A stretch of 54,067 bases of DNA. Origin: a virus (taxonomy: Duplodnaviria; Caudoviricetes). The position numbers and the translations under genes were made by a program. The notes beneath the pieces are model-generated. The model searched no databases and was not told where the DNA came from. It was given only the letters and a program-made list of their open reading frames with translations. The stretch is taken from IMG/VR virus record IMGVR_UViG_3300022178_002236, positions 1 through 54,067 of that record, one strand, 5' to 3'. Below, piece by piece: positions 42,669-51,802 of this stretch; the first letter of the stretch is position 1, and each line of letters starts with the position of its first letter.

Positions 42669-43505
42669 TCAGGCGGCTATCGTGAGTTTTGACACAGCGT
42701 TGTTTAGGTAGTCGGGCGAGAACTTAGCGTAGACCTTTTCCGTTATCCGACTGTCTTTGTGACCCAGCAGCTTTGCCACCTCAATAATTGGTACCCCATC
42801 GCGCACAAGGTTCGTCGCAACAGAATGACGAAGAACGTGTGGGGTCACGCCTTCCAAGCCGCAATCCTCAAGAATGTTCGCCCACGCCTTTCGCATATCA
42901 CGAATGCGTCTGCCGTTGTTGGAGATGACATACATACTATCACGGTCTATCCCCGACAGGAGCGTATGCATCTCTGACGAAATCGGTATCACTGCGCGGT
43001 TCTTGCGTCTGTTTCTACGGTCGTGCTTGTCCCTGAAGTCGATCACCCCTTCCTTCCAGATCACTTGAGGCCACTGAAGAGACAGGATTGCCTCCTTGCG
43101 CTGCCCGGTGAGCAGGGCGATAGCGACAAAAAGAAAGACATGCGGGTACCTTTTTGAGGCTTCTAGGAATCGAAGACACTCCTCCTTATCAAGCCACATC
43201 TTCCTTGGCTCAGGCTCAGGTAGTCTTTTGATAACAATTACGCGGTCAATTATTCCTTCCGCGTTTGCCCATCTCAGTGCTGCGCTCAATACACCCAACT
43301 CTCGATTGACTGTACCGGCACTGGCGTCTCTCTTCTTGGTGTAAGCGGAGACATGCTTGCCGCTTAATTTGTGGATTGGAATGTCTCCGAAGTGAGGGGC
43401 TAACCTCTTCCAAGCGATAGATGCTCGTTTGTGGTCGATAGCTACATGATCAACATGATCAGAAATATACCTATTTACGACCTGCTCCACTGATGTTATT
43501 TTCAT
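42669..43505 (-). CDS. Tyrosine recombinase / integrase
   Basis: TGQR, TPHVLRH, LLGH, VY catalytic motifs. Confidence 0.92.
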   Translation of the reverse strand: MKITSVEQVVNRYISDHVDHVAIDHKRASIAWKRLAPHFGDIPIHKLSGKHVSAYTKKRDASAGTVNRELGVLSAALRWANAEGIIDRVIVIKRLPEPEPRKMWLDKEECLRFLEASKRYPHVFLFVAIALLTGQRKEAILSLQWPQVIWKEGVIDFRDKHDRRNRRKNRAVIPISSEMHTLLSGIDRDSMYVISNNGRRIRDMRKAWANILEDCGLEGVTPHVLRHSVATNLVRDGVPIIEVAKLLGHKDSRITEKVYAKFSPDYLNNAVSKLTIAA

Positions 43506-43562
43506 GTCGTGCGATTTCCTTTCAAATCGTATGTCACCTCATGACTTTGGGGAGGCGTCTAG

Positions 43563-43775
43563 TCAACGCCTCCCCTTTATCTTGTGAACGTCGATCTCAT
43601 ATCCCAGTTCACTGAACCATTTTTCGACTGTGCTAAAGGCAACATTCGTCTTGCCATTTTCAAAATTAGCTATTGTGCTGGCGCTAGTGCCTGTAAGAGA
43701 AGCAAGAACCTCTCTCGACAAAGGGGCTTCTTTTCGCAGAACCTGAAGTTCTGTGCAAAGCCAGTGGATGTTCAT
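43563..43775 (-). CDS. XRE-family HTH regulator
   Basis: LSREVLA...TIANFENG...LGY. Confidence 0.8.
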   Translation of the reverse strand: MNIHWLCTELQVLRKEAPLSREVLASLTGTSASTIANFENGKTNVAFSTVEKWFSELGYEIDVHKIKGRR

Positions 43776-43957
43776 TTCTTTTCGCTTTCTTCTTCTTCAA
43801 CGTAACGCTCTGCTGCCTCCCTCACCACAGAGGCTGCTGTAACATTTTGCTTGGAGGCGATATCCCTAATCCGATTTATGAGACGGAAGGGAAAAACAAT
43901 GTTCCAAGTCTTACTTGGTTCCGTCATTCGACGAGGTCGGTTCAGTTGTCCCGCCAT
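43772..43957 (-). CDS. Ribbon-helix-helix (CopG-like) regulator
   Basis: KTWNIVFP...A...VTAASVVREAAERYV; ATG 43957 with GGAGG. Confidence 0.7.
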   Translation of the reverse strand: MAGQLNRPRRMTEPSKTWNIVFPFRLINRIRDIASKQNVTAASVVREAAERYVEEEESEKK

Positions 43958-44255
43958 TGTCTGCCTCCATAATCTTTTCATATATGTCCTCAGCTACTGC
44001 TGCATACCCAGCTATATCAATGTGTGAGTCAAGTTTGGGTCTATTCATGCACCGGGCAACTTTTACCAAGCCCATCATCATTGCAACATCGTAGGCAGTT
44101 AGAGGTTTGCCAGACCACTCTCTTCCGGTAATCCATGTATTCCACAGATTAGCTATGCGGGTATGATTAACGAGGGAATCCCCGTAATCTTTGTGCCTGT
44201 CTCCGCATACGTTTTCTATTGCGCCCTCAAGCACATCTAATTTCTTTTCATGCAT
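43911..44255 (-). CDS. DUF6378-like protein
   Basis: DR..DYG...N..RIA.LW, VAMMMGLVKVAR, DSHIDIAGYAA. Confidence 0.8.
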   Translation of the reverse strand: MHEKKLDVLEGAIENVCGDRHKDYGDSLVNHTRIANLWNTWITGREWSGKPLTAYDVAMMMGLVKVARCMNRPKLDSHIDIAGYAAVAEDIYEKIMEADNGGTTEPTSSNDGTK

Positions 44256-44688
44256 AGTTACCTCTGCTTTCAAATTCACCGAGAAGTTCTGTCCATAATT
44301 TCTGTGCGGTTTTGTTAGACGAAAGTTCTATGCGACTGTGTATGCCGCAATGTTGACGCACAGCCATTGCAGCGGCCTCTTCGTTTTTCTCAAAAATCAA
44401 ACCTTGATCAAACAACCAATCTTGGAATGAATCCTCCCGGCAAAGCATACCGGCTTGATTGACGATCTTGTTAGCCTCTCGCACACTGGGTGGCGTGATG
44501 ATTGTATCGTCGTCGTCCAGTCGCGCCATGCCAACCATATACCGAGAACCAATCGGATCAGACATGAGGTCTGGGGGAACATCGTTTGGGTGAACAACAA
44601 GCGTTATAGCTATGCCGTCTTTGGTTTGGCGAAGAGCGGTCTTTATGGCTTCAAGTCCGTAGCTTCGCTCTTGAATTGTTTTATCCAT
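44248..44688 (-). CDS. Hypothetical protein
   Basis: QAGMLC...FQDWL, HCGIHSRIEL; coupled to neighbours. Confidence 0.7.
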   Translation of the reverse strand: MDKTIQERSYGLEAIKTALRQTKDGIAITLVVHPNDVPPDLMSDPIGSRYMVGMARLDDDDTIITPPSVREANKIVNQAGMLCREDSFQDWLFDQGLIFEKNEEAAAMAVRQHCGIHSRIELSSNKTAQKLWTELLGEFESRGNYA

Positions 44689-44930
44689 TCTTCTGGGTCA
44701 ACTCCTTGCAAAGCCCACCACCTTTTCTCGTTGCCGTGCATGTGAAGTTCTTTGTGGTGCATATCGCACAGAGGAACAGTCATATCGTCAGGCACTTTTA
44801 GAGACATCGCGGCGGGCGCTGTGAAGGTTACGTGATGAGCGACAGTGTAGGGAGAGCCACACACTAAGCATGGTCTCTCCCTGACTGAGGCCAGCCATTT
44901 CTTAGAACGGAATCTCGTCGTCGAGATCAT
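44643..44930 (-). CDS. DUF968-like HNH/Zn-binding nuclease
   Basis: PCLVCG, AHH, KVPDDMTVPLCDMHHKELH; start moved to ATG 44930 (GGAGG). Confidence 0.75.
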   Translation of the reverse strand: MISTTRFRSKKWLASVRERPCLVCGSPYTVAHHVTFTAPAAMSLKVPDDMTVPLCDMHHKELHMHGNEKRWWALQGVDPEEWIKQFKSEATDLKP

Positions 44931-45264
44931 CGTTTTGAACCTCCGGTTCAGGCGTTGGTTTCTTGTACGGCTCCTGTAGCCAGACCGAAAGATACTGACC
45001 GCTTTTGCCCTGCCAGACCTTCCCGGCAATCTCAAGTTTCGCAACCTGCTGACCTTCTGTTTGCCTTCTTTTAGACATCCCTGTCTCTTTGTTTTTGAAG
45101 GCCTCAACGAGGTACCGTGCCGCATCTTTGGTGATCTCAATATCACCGCTGATATCAGGCTGCTTCTCGTTGTGGTTGTCAGCGTGGCTGATGTTGATCG
45201 ACATGGAGTCGATTTTGCGTTGATTGCGGAAGATATTACCGCCGCCGAAATTAGACTTCGCCAT
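44902..45264 (-). CDS. ssb: Single-stranded DNA-binding protein (phage type)
   Basis: QPDISG, YLSV, acidic DDLDDEIPF tail; next to sak. Confidence 0.7.
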   Translation of the reverse strand: MAKSNFGGGNIFRNQRKIDSMSINISHADNHNEKQPDISGDIEITKDAARYLVEAFKNKETGMSKRRQTEGQQVAKLEIAGKVWQGKSGQYLSVWLQEPYKKPTPEPEVQNDDLDDEIPF

Positions 45265-46157
45265 TAATTTTCTCCTTCTTCGTATGAATATACCTCACCG
45301 CTCTGCGCGGCTTTCTTTGCTTCCTTAAAGAACCCCATAACTCGCTTGTGAATTTCTGGAGCACTCTCTGCGATCATTCCAATCGCGTCCTTGTTGTGCT
45401 TGTAGAAGGCCTCGACGGCTTTAACGCACTCGTCGTTAGTGTCGTAGACAGGCTCACCGGAGAAACCTTCCTCGGGATTAGCACCGGCCCGATCACCAAG
45501 TGACGGCATGAACGTCGAGAAAACCTTCTCAACAATGTCGAACGCATCGCTATCGCCGTTGATCGTGGCGAACTGTTCGCCCTCCTCCATCTCAACAATA
45601 TCAGCATGATGGTCGAGCATCTTTCCTCGGAAACCATCTGTTGATGGGTTAATTTTAACCTCTGGCTCCTCTTTCTTAACCTTCTTCGGTTTAGCCTTGG
45701 GCTTCTCTTCGATCTTCTCTTCGATCTCTTCCGGCTCTTCCTCAGCAATCAACTCGTCGGCTGCGCCTTCGTAAAGGAGCAAACCAAACCCGTGGTAAGC
45801 AATCGTTTTCACAAGCCCTCTCTGTAAGGCTGTGTTGACTGCCATCGGATCGGGTGTCTGCACCGCCTTGTTGCGGTAATCTAGAACCGGAAAGGTCTCG
45901 GTTATTGAATCGCCATCAATCGTGACGGTGACCTTAACGTATGCAAAACCCTTCTTGTCCATCGCGTAGGGTATGGAATAACTCGGCTCCCCCACTGTAA
46001 ACCAATGCTTTTCAAAAGAAGCATCTGGGTGCCTCTTTTTGATCTGGGACCAAGCATATGACCACTTTAAATAGTCAAACCCATTCTTCTTTTCGATCTT
46101 GTCCGCAGGGATTTTAGCCTCAAAGAGGCTCTCAAAATTACCCTTCTTGGTTGTCAT
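45264..46157 (-). CDS. sak: Sak / Rad52-like ssDNA annealing protein (DUF1071)
   Basis: IEKKNGFDYLKWSYAW, PVLDYRNK, NTALQRGLVKTIA.HGFG. Confidence 0.85.
   Translation of the reverse strand: MTTKKGNFESLFEAKIPADKIEKKNGFDYLKWSYAWSQIKKRHPDASFEKHWFTVGEPSYSIPYAMDKKGFAYVKVTVTIDGDSITETFPVLDYRNKAVQTPDPMAVNTALQRGLVKTIAYHGFGLLLYEGAADELIAEEEPEEIEEKIEEKPKAKPKKVKKEEPEVKINPSTDGFRGKMLDHHADIVEMEEGEQFATINGDSDAFDIVEKVFSTFMPSLGDRAGANPEEGFSGEPVYDTNDECVKAVEAFYKHNKDAIGMIAESAPEIHKRVMGFFKEAKKAAQSGEVYSYEEGEN
45646..45661. repeat. Dispersed palindrome copy 7 (GGGTTA-ATTT-TAACCT)
   Basis: Inside sak linker (EVKINP). Confidence 0.8.
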
Positions 46158-47019
46158 CTTTTACCTCATGCCATTGGTTGCACCATTGATTGACCCGGCA
46201 ATAGTTGTTCGCACATCTGGTGAACTCACCGGGCCTCTTTTCCACTCGCCGGGTGTCATCCTCGGCGGCGAAACTCTGGGCGTCGTCTTCATTATCGAAG
46301 ACCCGCAACGCCCTTTTATTCTTACCTTTGTGGACTGCCCATTTGGTGGGACGCGCCCATCTCTCTGCATCAGAGCAGTCGGGCAGCCCGTTGAACTCTT
46401 TCTCAAGTTCTGCTCTCGAATGCTCACGAACCCGACCTTGAACGTAGGCGTCCTGTTCAGGCTCTGACCATAAAGGAACATCGATCTCGACAATCGGTGC
46501 AGCAGGATAATCTTCTCGCCTGTCGGCGTCGGCTTTGCGCCAGTCTCGTAATACCCCGATAACTGACGCAGAACGAACGCGCAGACCCTTGGCGTGGCGA
46601 ACCAGATAGGCATAGACGTTTAGCTGCCGCTCCCAATCTGAGTGGTCCGACATCATCGCCTTGTATACGGAGGTGGATTTGAAATCTTTGAGATCGACCT
46701 CGTCGTCGTCTTCGTACTGGAGATCAATCTGCCCGGAGATCAAGGTGCCATCTACGTCGTGCTCAAGTCTCTCCTCTGCGACGTAGCTGTTGCTGGCAGC
46801 GTTCTCGAACACGGTGTGGATAGCAGTACCCATCACGCGGTAGACGAGTTCCGATACGTCCTCGGTTATTTCGTGTCCGTGCTCTTGCCGCAGTTGTGAA
46901 ATTCTGGGAGAATCGATCAGCGTCGTGACACGGGTGCCTTCGACTACCTCTCCTTTTTCAAACTCAGTGAGCGCTTTCACCACTGGGTCTGGTAAACCAG
47001 TCTTATTTGTGTACCTCAT
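46138..47019 (-). CDS. PD-(D/E)XK (RecB/Cas4-like) exonuclease
   Basis: GTAIH, EER, SGQIDL, DFKST, QLNVY, C-terminal RC..YC....WC; start moved to ATG 47019. Confidence 0.85.
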   Translation of the reverse strand: MRYTNKTGLPDPVVKALTEFEKGEVVEGTRVTTLIDSPRISQLRQEHGHEITEDVSELVYRVMGTAIHTVFENAASNSYVAEERLEHDVDGTLISGQIDLQYEDDDEVDLKDFKSTSVYKAMMSDHSDWERQLNVYAYLVRHAKGLRVRSASVIGVLRDWRKADADRREDYPAAPIVEIDVPLWSEPEQDAYVQGRVREHSRAELEKEFNGLPDCSDAERWARPTKWAVHKGKNKRALRVFDNEDDAQSFAAEDDTRRVEKRPGEFTRCANNYCRVNQWCNQWHEVKDDNQEG

Positions 47020-47026
47020 GTGAGCG

Positions 47027-47055
47027 AACATACAGAGGGAAATAACTAATGGCAA
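47027..47055 (-). promoter_or_regulatory. Candidate promoter giving a leaderless exonuclease mRNA
   Basis: TTGCCA-17 nt-TATGTT ending 7 nt before the ATG; no SD. Confidence 0.45.
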
Positions 47056-47447
47056 TAGATTTATTAGATACCGATAAATTGTGGCTCACGGATTGGTTAT
47101 TTAGTTGTGAGATTTTAGGTGAGCCAGCCAGTAAGGCTAACTCCCGCAAGATTGTTAAGTTTGGAAACAGGCCAGCTTCGATCAAGTCTGACAAGGCGAG
47201 GGCCTACGAGAAAACATTTGCCAGTCAATGCAGGGTTCTAGATGAATTGATCGAAGATGATGTCTTGCTCTGGTGCAAAATTTGGTACGCCTCCCGCCGA
47301 CCTGATCTTGATGAAAGCCTGATCATGGATTTGTTGCAGGACCGCGCAATCAAGAACGACCGGCAGATTAAAGCGAAGGTTGTTTTACATGCTCTGGACA
47401 AGGAAAACCCACGAGCAGAAATAAGGTTGGCGAAAATTCCTGTTTGA
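47049..47447 (+). CDS. rusA: RusA-like Holliday junction resolvase
   Basis: GEPASKANSR, RPDLDE, DLLQ, NDRQI, ENPRAEI. Confidence 0.88.
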   Translation: MAIDLLDTDKLWLTDWLFSCEILGEPASKANSRKIVKFGNRPASIKSDKARAYEKTFASQCRVLDELIEDDVLLWCKIWYASRRPDLDESLIMDLLQDRAIKNDRQIKAKVVLHALDKENPRAEIRLAKIPV

Positions 47448-47490
47448 CGATTTGTTAAACCACCACTATGACAGAAGTGGAGGTGACAAA

Positions 47491-49212
47491 ATGACTGACT
47501 TACAAGACACACTGCGCGGTAGATACGCGCATCGATCTATCGGGCAATACAGAGACACCTGTCCTGTCTGCTCACACACCCGAAGAAAATCCAATCAAAA
47601 GCAAAAAGTCTTGTCCATCAAGGTGACAGAGGACGGCGTCCGCTGGCTCTGCCACCATTGTGGTGAGAACGGAGGAACAGACAGAGTGGAAAAAACAGCA
47701 GAGATTAAAAAGTTTACGCCGCCAAAACAGAAAATAGAGGATGACGCCGTTGACTACCTTAGGTCACGCGGACTGTCTGACAAGGTAATCGCCTCGGGGC
47801 GAGTTGTCTCTGCCACGAAGTGGTTACGCAAAGCGAACGCAGAGGTGCCGGTGGTTGGCTTCCCATACGTTGATCCAAATACCGATAACATTTACGCGGT
47901 CAAATATCGTGGGATCGATATCAAGGATCACATTCAAGAGGGCAGCGCGACCAGCTTCTATGGCGTCGAGCGTATCGTTGATGAAGAGCCGATAGTTATC
48001 GTGGAGGGGGAGATTGATTGCCTCAGCGCGAGAGAGGCTGGGGTGCGGAACGCAATTAGCGTCCCGAATGGCGCTCCCGTCAAGGTCAGTGACGGGACAG
48101 TCGATCCATCGGAGGACCGGAAGTTCAACTACGTGTGGCAAGCACATGAGAAGTTGAAGAAGGCTGAGAAGATCGTCATCGCTGTAGATGGTGATGCTCC
48201 GGGCAAGGCCCTCGCGGAAGAACTGGCGAGACGCATAGGCAAGTCCAAGTGCTGGACCGTCGAGTTTCCTGACGATTGCAAAGACGCTAACGATGTTCTG
48301 CTGCGGCACGGCAAGGCAGAACTCCGCAACATGATTGATGCGGCAACTCCTTGGCCGATAGCCGGACTGTATGACACCGACCACTACGCTGATGCGGTGA
48401 AACATCTCTACCAGAACGGTGCTGGCAAGGGACTGACCACTGGCTTCGCTTGTGTAGATGAACTTTTCACGATTAAGAGCGGGATGCTTCACATCGTGAC
48501 CGGTGTTCCGTCGATGGGTAAATCAGAGTTTGTTGATCAAATCTTATTCAACCTCGCTGCAACCTACGATTGGAAACACGCAATTTGCAGCTTTGAAAAC
48601 CCGCCGCACATGCACATCGCTAAATTTCTTGAGAAGAAGCTGCGGAAGCCATTTCACATTGGGCCGACGCAGCGCATGTCAGAGGACGAGATGGAAGACG
48701 CGATGGATTGGCTTCGGGATCACTTCATCTTCATGGAGCAGAGCGACGGCACTTCGGCAACCATCGATGATATTCTGGAGCGGGCATCGGCAGCGGTAGC
48801 CCGCATGGGTGTTCGCACATTAACTATTGATCCGTACAATTATATGGAGATGGGGCTGGGGTCTAAGAGCGAGACAAACCTGATCAGCGAGATGCTGACA
48901 AAGGTTCGGAACTGGGCGGCGGCCCACGATGTCGCCGTGTTCTTTGTCGCTCATCCGTCGAAATTGTATCGACAGAACGATGGGAACTATCCGGTTCCCA
49001 AGGGATACGACATTTCATCCTCAGCAAGTTGGTTTGCAAAGGCGGATGTCGGTTTGACGGTTCACCGGAACTTTGACCGGGAGACCGTGGAGGTTCATGT
49101 GTGGAAGGTTCGCTTCAAGCACCTTGGAAAGCAGGGGGTGTCTGAACTGACATATGATGTCATCACGGGGACCTACCAAGAAGTCCACGAGGATTGGGAC
49201 GTTGAAATTTAG
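47491..49212 (+). CDS. Primase-helicase (T7 gp4/Twinkle-like: Zn finger, TOPRIM, SF4 helicase)
   Basis: CPVC/CHHC, VEGEID, SVPNGA, DGDAPG, KDAN, GVPSMGKS, IDPYN, VAHP; GGAGGT RBS. Confidence 0.95.
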   Translation: MTDLQDTLRGRYAHRSIGQYRDTCPVCSHTRRKSNQKQKVLSIKVTEDGVRWLCHHCGENGGTDRVEKTAEIKKFTPPKQKIEDDAVDYLRSRGLSDKVIASGRVVSATKWLRKANAEVPVVGFPYVDPNTDNIYAVKYRGIDIKDHIQEGSATSFYGVERIVDEEPIVIVEGEIDCLSAREAGVRNAISVPNGAPVKVSDGTVDPSEDRKFNYVWQAHEKLKKAEKIVIAVDGDAPGKALAEELARRIGKSKCWTVEFPDDCKDANDVLLRHGKAELRNMIDAATPWPIAGLYDTDHYADAVKHLYQNGAGKGLTTGFACVDELFTIKSGMLHIVTGVPSMGKSEFVDQILFNLAATYDWKHAICSFENPPHMHIAKFLEKKLRKPFHIGPTQRMSEDEMEDAMDWLRDHFIFMEQSDGTSATIDDILERASAAVARMGVRTLTIDPYNYMEMGLGSKSETNLISEMLTKVRNWAAAHDVAVFFVAHPSKLYRQNDGNYPVPKGYDISSSASWFAKADVGLTVHRNFDRETVEVHVWKVRFKHLGKQGVSELTYDVITGTYQEVHEDWDVEI

Positions 49213-49233
49213 GAGGGGGATTGCTCCCCCTCC
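49212..49233. terminator. Hairpin between convergent genes
   Basis: GGAGGGGGA-TTGC-TCCCCCTCC (GCAA loop on minus strand). Confidence 0.7.
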
Positions 49234-49239
49234 CTTCGA

Positions 49240-49431
49240 TTAGTTGTCAGGCTTCGCTTCTGCTGGGATGCAATTTGCGTCCTGATGCATCGGCACATGG
49301 TTCACCTCGCCAGTGACGTTATTGACCAACGCTTTGGCTTTGTATGACCTACCGTTCTCGTCAATCAAGGTGATCGGGACTTCAACGATCATCTTGCTTT
49401 GGCTCCGGGGCTGTTCCATTAGAACCTCCAT
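49240..49431 (-). CDS. Hypothetical protein
   Basis: ORF track; internal ATG 49419 has GGAGG and may be the true start. Confidence 0.55.
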   Translation of the reverse strand: MEVLMEQPRSQSKMIVEVPITLIDENGRSYKAKALVNNVTGEVNHVPMHQDANCIPAEAKPDN

Positions 49432-49558
49432 TAGATCGGATGTGCGCCTGTTTGATCAGAAACTGAATCTGAGACGATACGTTCCTGACCTCTTTGTCGC
49501 ACATATCCCTCAGAATTCCGTGAAGATCATCGGGAAGATTGATGTGTAGTCTCTGCAT
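49382..49558 (-). CDS. Arc-like ribbon-helix-helix protein, 58 aa; not in ORF track
   Basis: MQRLHINLPDDLHGILRDMCDKEVRNVSSQIQFLIKQ; AAGGAG RBS. Confidence 0.7.
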   Translation of the reverse strand: MQRLHINLPDDLHGILRDMCDKEVRNVSSQIQFLIKQAHIRSNGGSNGTAPEPKQDDR

Positions 49559-49694
49559 TTAAGTTCTCCTTTCTACGGGCCACCTCAGCGACCTTTTGTT
49601 TCCAGATGTTTTTAACCTCTGGGTCTGTTGCTTCAGCCTGTGCGCGGCATAAGCTCTCGATTACTTCGTCAGCGATAACTCCAATTCTCTTCAT
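49527..49694 (-). CDS. Hypothetical protein, 55 aa; not in ORF track
   Basis: MKRIGVIADEVIESLCRAQAEATDPEVKNIWKQK; TGATG coupling. Confidence 0.6.
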   Translation of the reverse strand: MKRIGVIADEVIESLCRAQAEATDPEVKNIWKQKVAEVARRKENLNAETTHQSSR

Positions 49695-49882
49695 CAGTTA
49701 GTTCCCCAAAAAAGTGTCGTTGCGATAACGATACCAACCACTGGTAAGGTTAAAGTTAACCCGACAATGGTTGTGACAACTTCGCCTTTAGTGTCTAAGT
49801 TGCTGGTTGATGTCCCAACAAAAAAGACAAAAAGACTAAGTGTCACAATCGCGCCCAACAAATAACATAGGTGCCATGTCAT
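49694..49882 (-). CDS. Small two-TM membrane protein
   Basis: Two hydrophobic segments; GGGAGAG RBS. Confidence 0.6.
   Translation of the reverse strand: MTWHLCYLLGAIVTLSLFVFFVGTSTSNLDTKGEVVTTIVGLTLTLPVVGIVIATTLFWGTN
49747..49762. repeat. Dispersed palindrome copy 8 (AGGTTA-AAGT-TAACCC)
   Basis: Inside CDS (GLTLTL). Confidence 0.75.
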
Positions 49883-49883
49883 G

Positions 49884-50051
49884 TCACTCTCCCATTCTGT
49901 CTATGGCCCGTGTCTCGGGCGTTTCTAGATCAACGGCTTTCACCGCTCTTTCGGTTTTGCAGTCGTCGCAATACCAAAAGTCTGTTGTGTCTTGAGTCAT
50001 GATGTACTCGTCAAGACCGCCGCATTTGCGGCATCTTTTGAATTTCTCCAT
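49884..50051 (-). CDS. Zn-ribbon protein, 55 aa; not in ORF track
   Basis: CRKC...WYCDDC; AGGAGGTGA RBS. Confidence 0.7.
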   Translation of the reverse strand: MEKFKRCRKCGGLDEYIMTQDTTDFWYCDDCKTERAVKAVDLETPETRAIDRMGE

Positions 50052-50054
50052 ATG

Positions 50055-51254
50055 TCACCTCCTGTGAGTTAGCGTGTAGTCTTTCGTAATGACGCCCAGT
50101 TTGGGGTCGCCTCGCAGATGGGAAGAAACCCAAACGCGCTTTCCGCTCTTTCGGTAACGCCGCCAGTGACCGCGCACACTGTGTTGACGGCGACTGCTCT
50201 CATTCATGCCACCAAAACCATTTGGCATGACCGTGACCCCATGAAATTTTGGCAGGTCAATGGATACTTCAATGTGAGAATTGCCACGATGGAACTTGCC
50301 ATGACGGTAGCGGCGCTTGCTGCCAGCTTCTTTCTGCTCCTTTACAATCCAGTCGTAGTTCAGCATCGCAAAAACGGTGATCAAAAACCGGGAGTCACCG
50401 TTGGTCATGTCAGACCCAACAGCCCTTAATGACTTGGCAACTTCTGAGTCCCACTGACCGCTTTGTGTATTAACAAAAAGGTCAACGCCCGGACCTTGAA
50501 TAAGGCGAAGATGGTTGCATAGCGTATTGAGCGCGTGGTCTGTTTCGGTAGGCAGAGAGTTCAGATTCCTCCTGCACCACCAGTCCCCAAGCGACTCAAT
50601 TACGGCGGCGCAGTCTGCTTTTCGAGTTAACTCGACTTGCTCGTCAGACAGTTTAGCTGGCGACAAGGAGAAAAAATCAGCCAGAAAATCTCTGTGATTT
50701 TCTAAAGAGAACCCAGACCCTTTCTCCTCGTCGAACTTCGCGAAATAAAGCGCAAGAGGCGACGTAAATACTTTGCCGCTAAGTCCCCCGTGCAGATCAT
50801 CAAAGTTAGCAAACGGCGTCCCTATGAAGGCCTCGCCTTCATAGCCCGTGTGAGGGGCCTCTTCAAAAAGGTAGCCTACGCTCGGAGGAATGTTGTGCCA
50901 ATCAACCTTCGATGTCTCACCAATCTCAGGACAAACCCTTTCGAGCGTCTTCTGTCGAGCAACTTCGTTCCATTCGATCCACATGAGATCGTTGGGGGGG
51001 GACATGAACTTGTATTGATCAACTAATTCTTCCCCGTCAGCCCGCATCGACGCCTCCATTGCGAAGTCCACAAAATCGTCGTCGAGAACGTAACGGGTAG
51101 CCAGCCTCATATCTTTACGCATACTGGAGATTCTTTGTTGGCGCTGCCGCCTGAACTGGGTAGTCTCCGGCGAGAGGCCTTTCATATAAAAACCGCGCTT
51201 AGGATTATTAAGCGCGGCGATAACATCGTCAGCAAAACTATATCGCTCAGTCAT
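50055..51254 (-). CDS. Hypothetical early protein with C-terminal HxVRGHWR motif
   Basis: RRQHSVRGHWRR...VWVSSHLRGDPKLG; AAGGAG RBS. Confidence 0.75.
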   Translation of the reverse strand: MTERYSFADDVIAALNNPKRGFYMKGLSPETTQFRRQRQQRISSMRKDMRLATRYVLDDDFVDFAMEASMRADGEELVDQYKFMSPPNDLMWIEWNEVARQKTLERVCPEIGETSKVDWHNIPPSVGYLFEEAPHTGYEGEAFIGTPFANFDDLHGGLSGKVFTSPLALYFAKFDEEKGSGFSLENHRDFLADFFSLSPAKLSDEQVELTRKADCAAVIESLGDWWCRRNLNSLPTETDHALNTLCNHLRLIQGPGVDLFVNTQSGQWDSEVAKSLRAVGSDMTNGDSRFLITVFAMLNYDWIVKEQKEAGSKRRYRHGKFHRGNSHIEVSIDLPKFHGVTVMPNGFGGMNESSRRQHSVRGHWRRYRKSGKRVWVSSHLRGDPKLGVITKDYTLTHRR

Positions 51255-51274
51255 AGCGATCTCCTTTCATTTTG

Positions 51275-51658
51275 TTAGGCAGGTTCGTCGTCACACCCTT
51301 CGTCTATTTCGCCCTCAGTTAACGGAACATAAAATTCACCATCACAAAGTTCTTCTAGACGTATCTCTCTTATGTCGGCCTCTGTGACCCAATCTTCTTG
51401 AGCAACGTCAGAAGAGCAACCCGGACAGGTCAGCATTGACCAGTCAAGATGGTACACCTCGATCTCTACTTCGAGGCACTCAGGACAATGCAATATGTGA
51501 ATGTCACGTTCGTCACCGGCATTGATATACACGGCACAGATCGGGCTACCTGATTTTGTCTCACCGGCTGGCTTCACTTTCCAGCCGCGCTTGCACAAGT
51601 CATTGACAACATCAACGCTGTCGGCGTCGAAGAATTTCAAGTACGTTAGATTGCCCAT
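51275..51658 (-). CDS. Hypothetical protein with Zn ribbon
   Basis: HCPEC...TCPGC; AAGGAG RBS. Confidence 0.7.
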   Translation of the reverse strand: MGNLTYLKFFDADSVDVVNDLCKRGWKVKPAGETKSGSPICAVYINAGDERDIHILHCPECLEVEIEVYHLDWSMLTCPGCSSDVAQEDWVTEADIREIRLEELCDGEFYVPLTEGEIDEGCDDEPA

Positions 51659-51802
51659 CTTTTATCTCCTTTCTAATTTCTCCAGATGATTTGCATTCAT
51701 CGCATTGGACAATTTGCTTGCGAAATTTGTCACGCAAAAATCCATTTCCCTTGCAGACTGGGCATACGATACTATCACGCATCTACTTCTCCAAACATTG
51801 AC

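Noticed and set aside
46138-47019. Cas4-like gene as part of a CRISPR system
   Set aside because: No array or other cas genes; sits with sak and ssb as a recombination exonuclease
49603-49618. Half-matches to the dispersed palindrome (also near 21206, and near 9443 with a 6-nt spacer)
   Set aside because: Too many mismatches or wrong spacing; not counted
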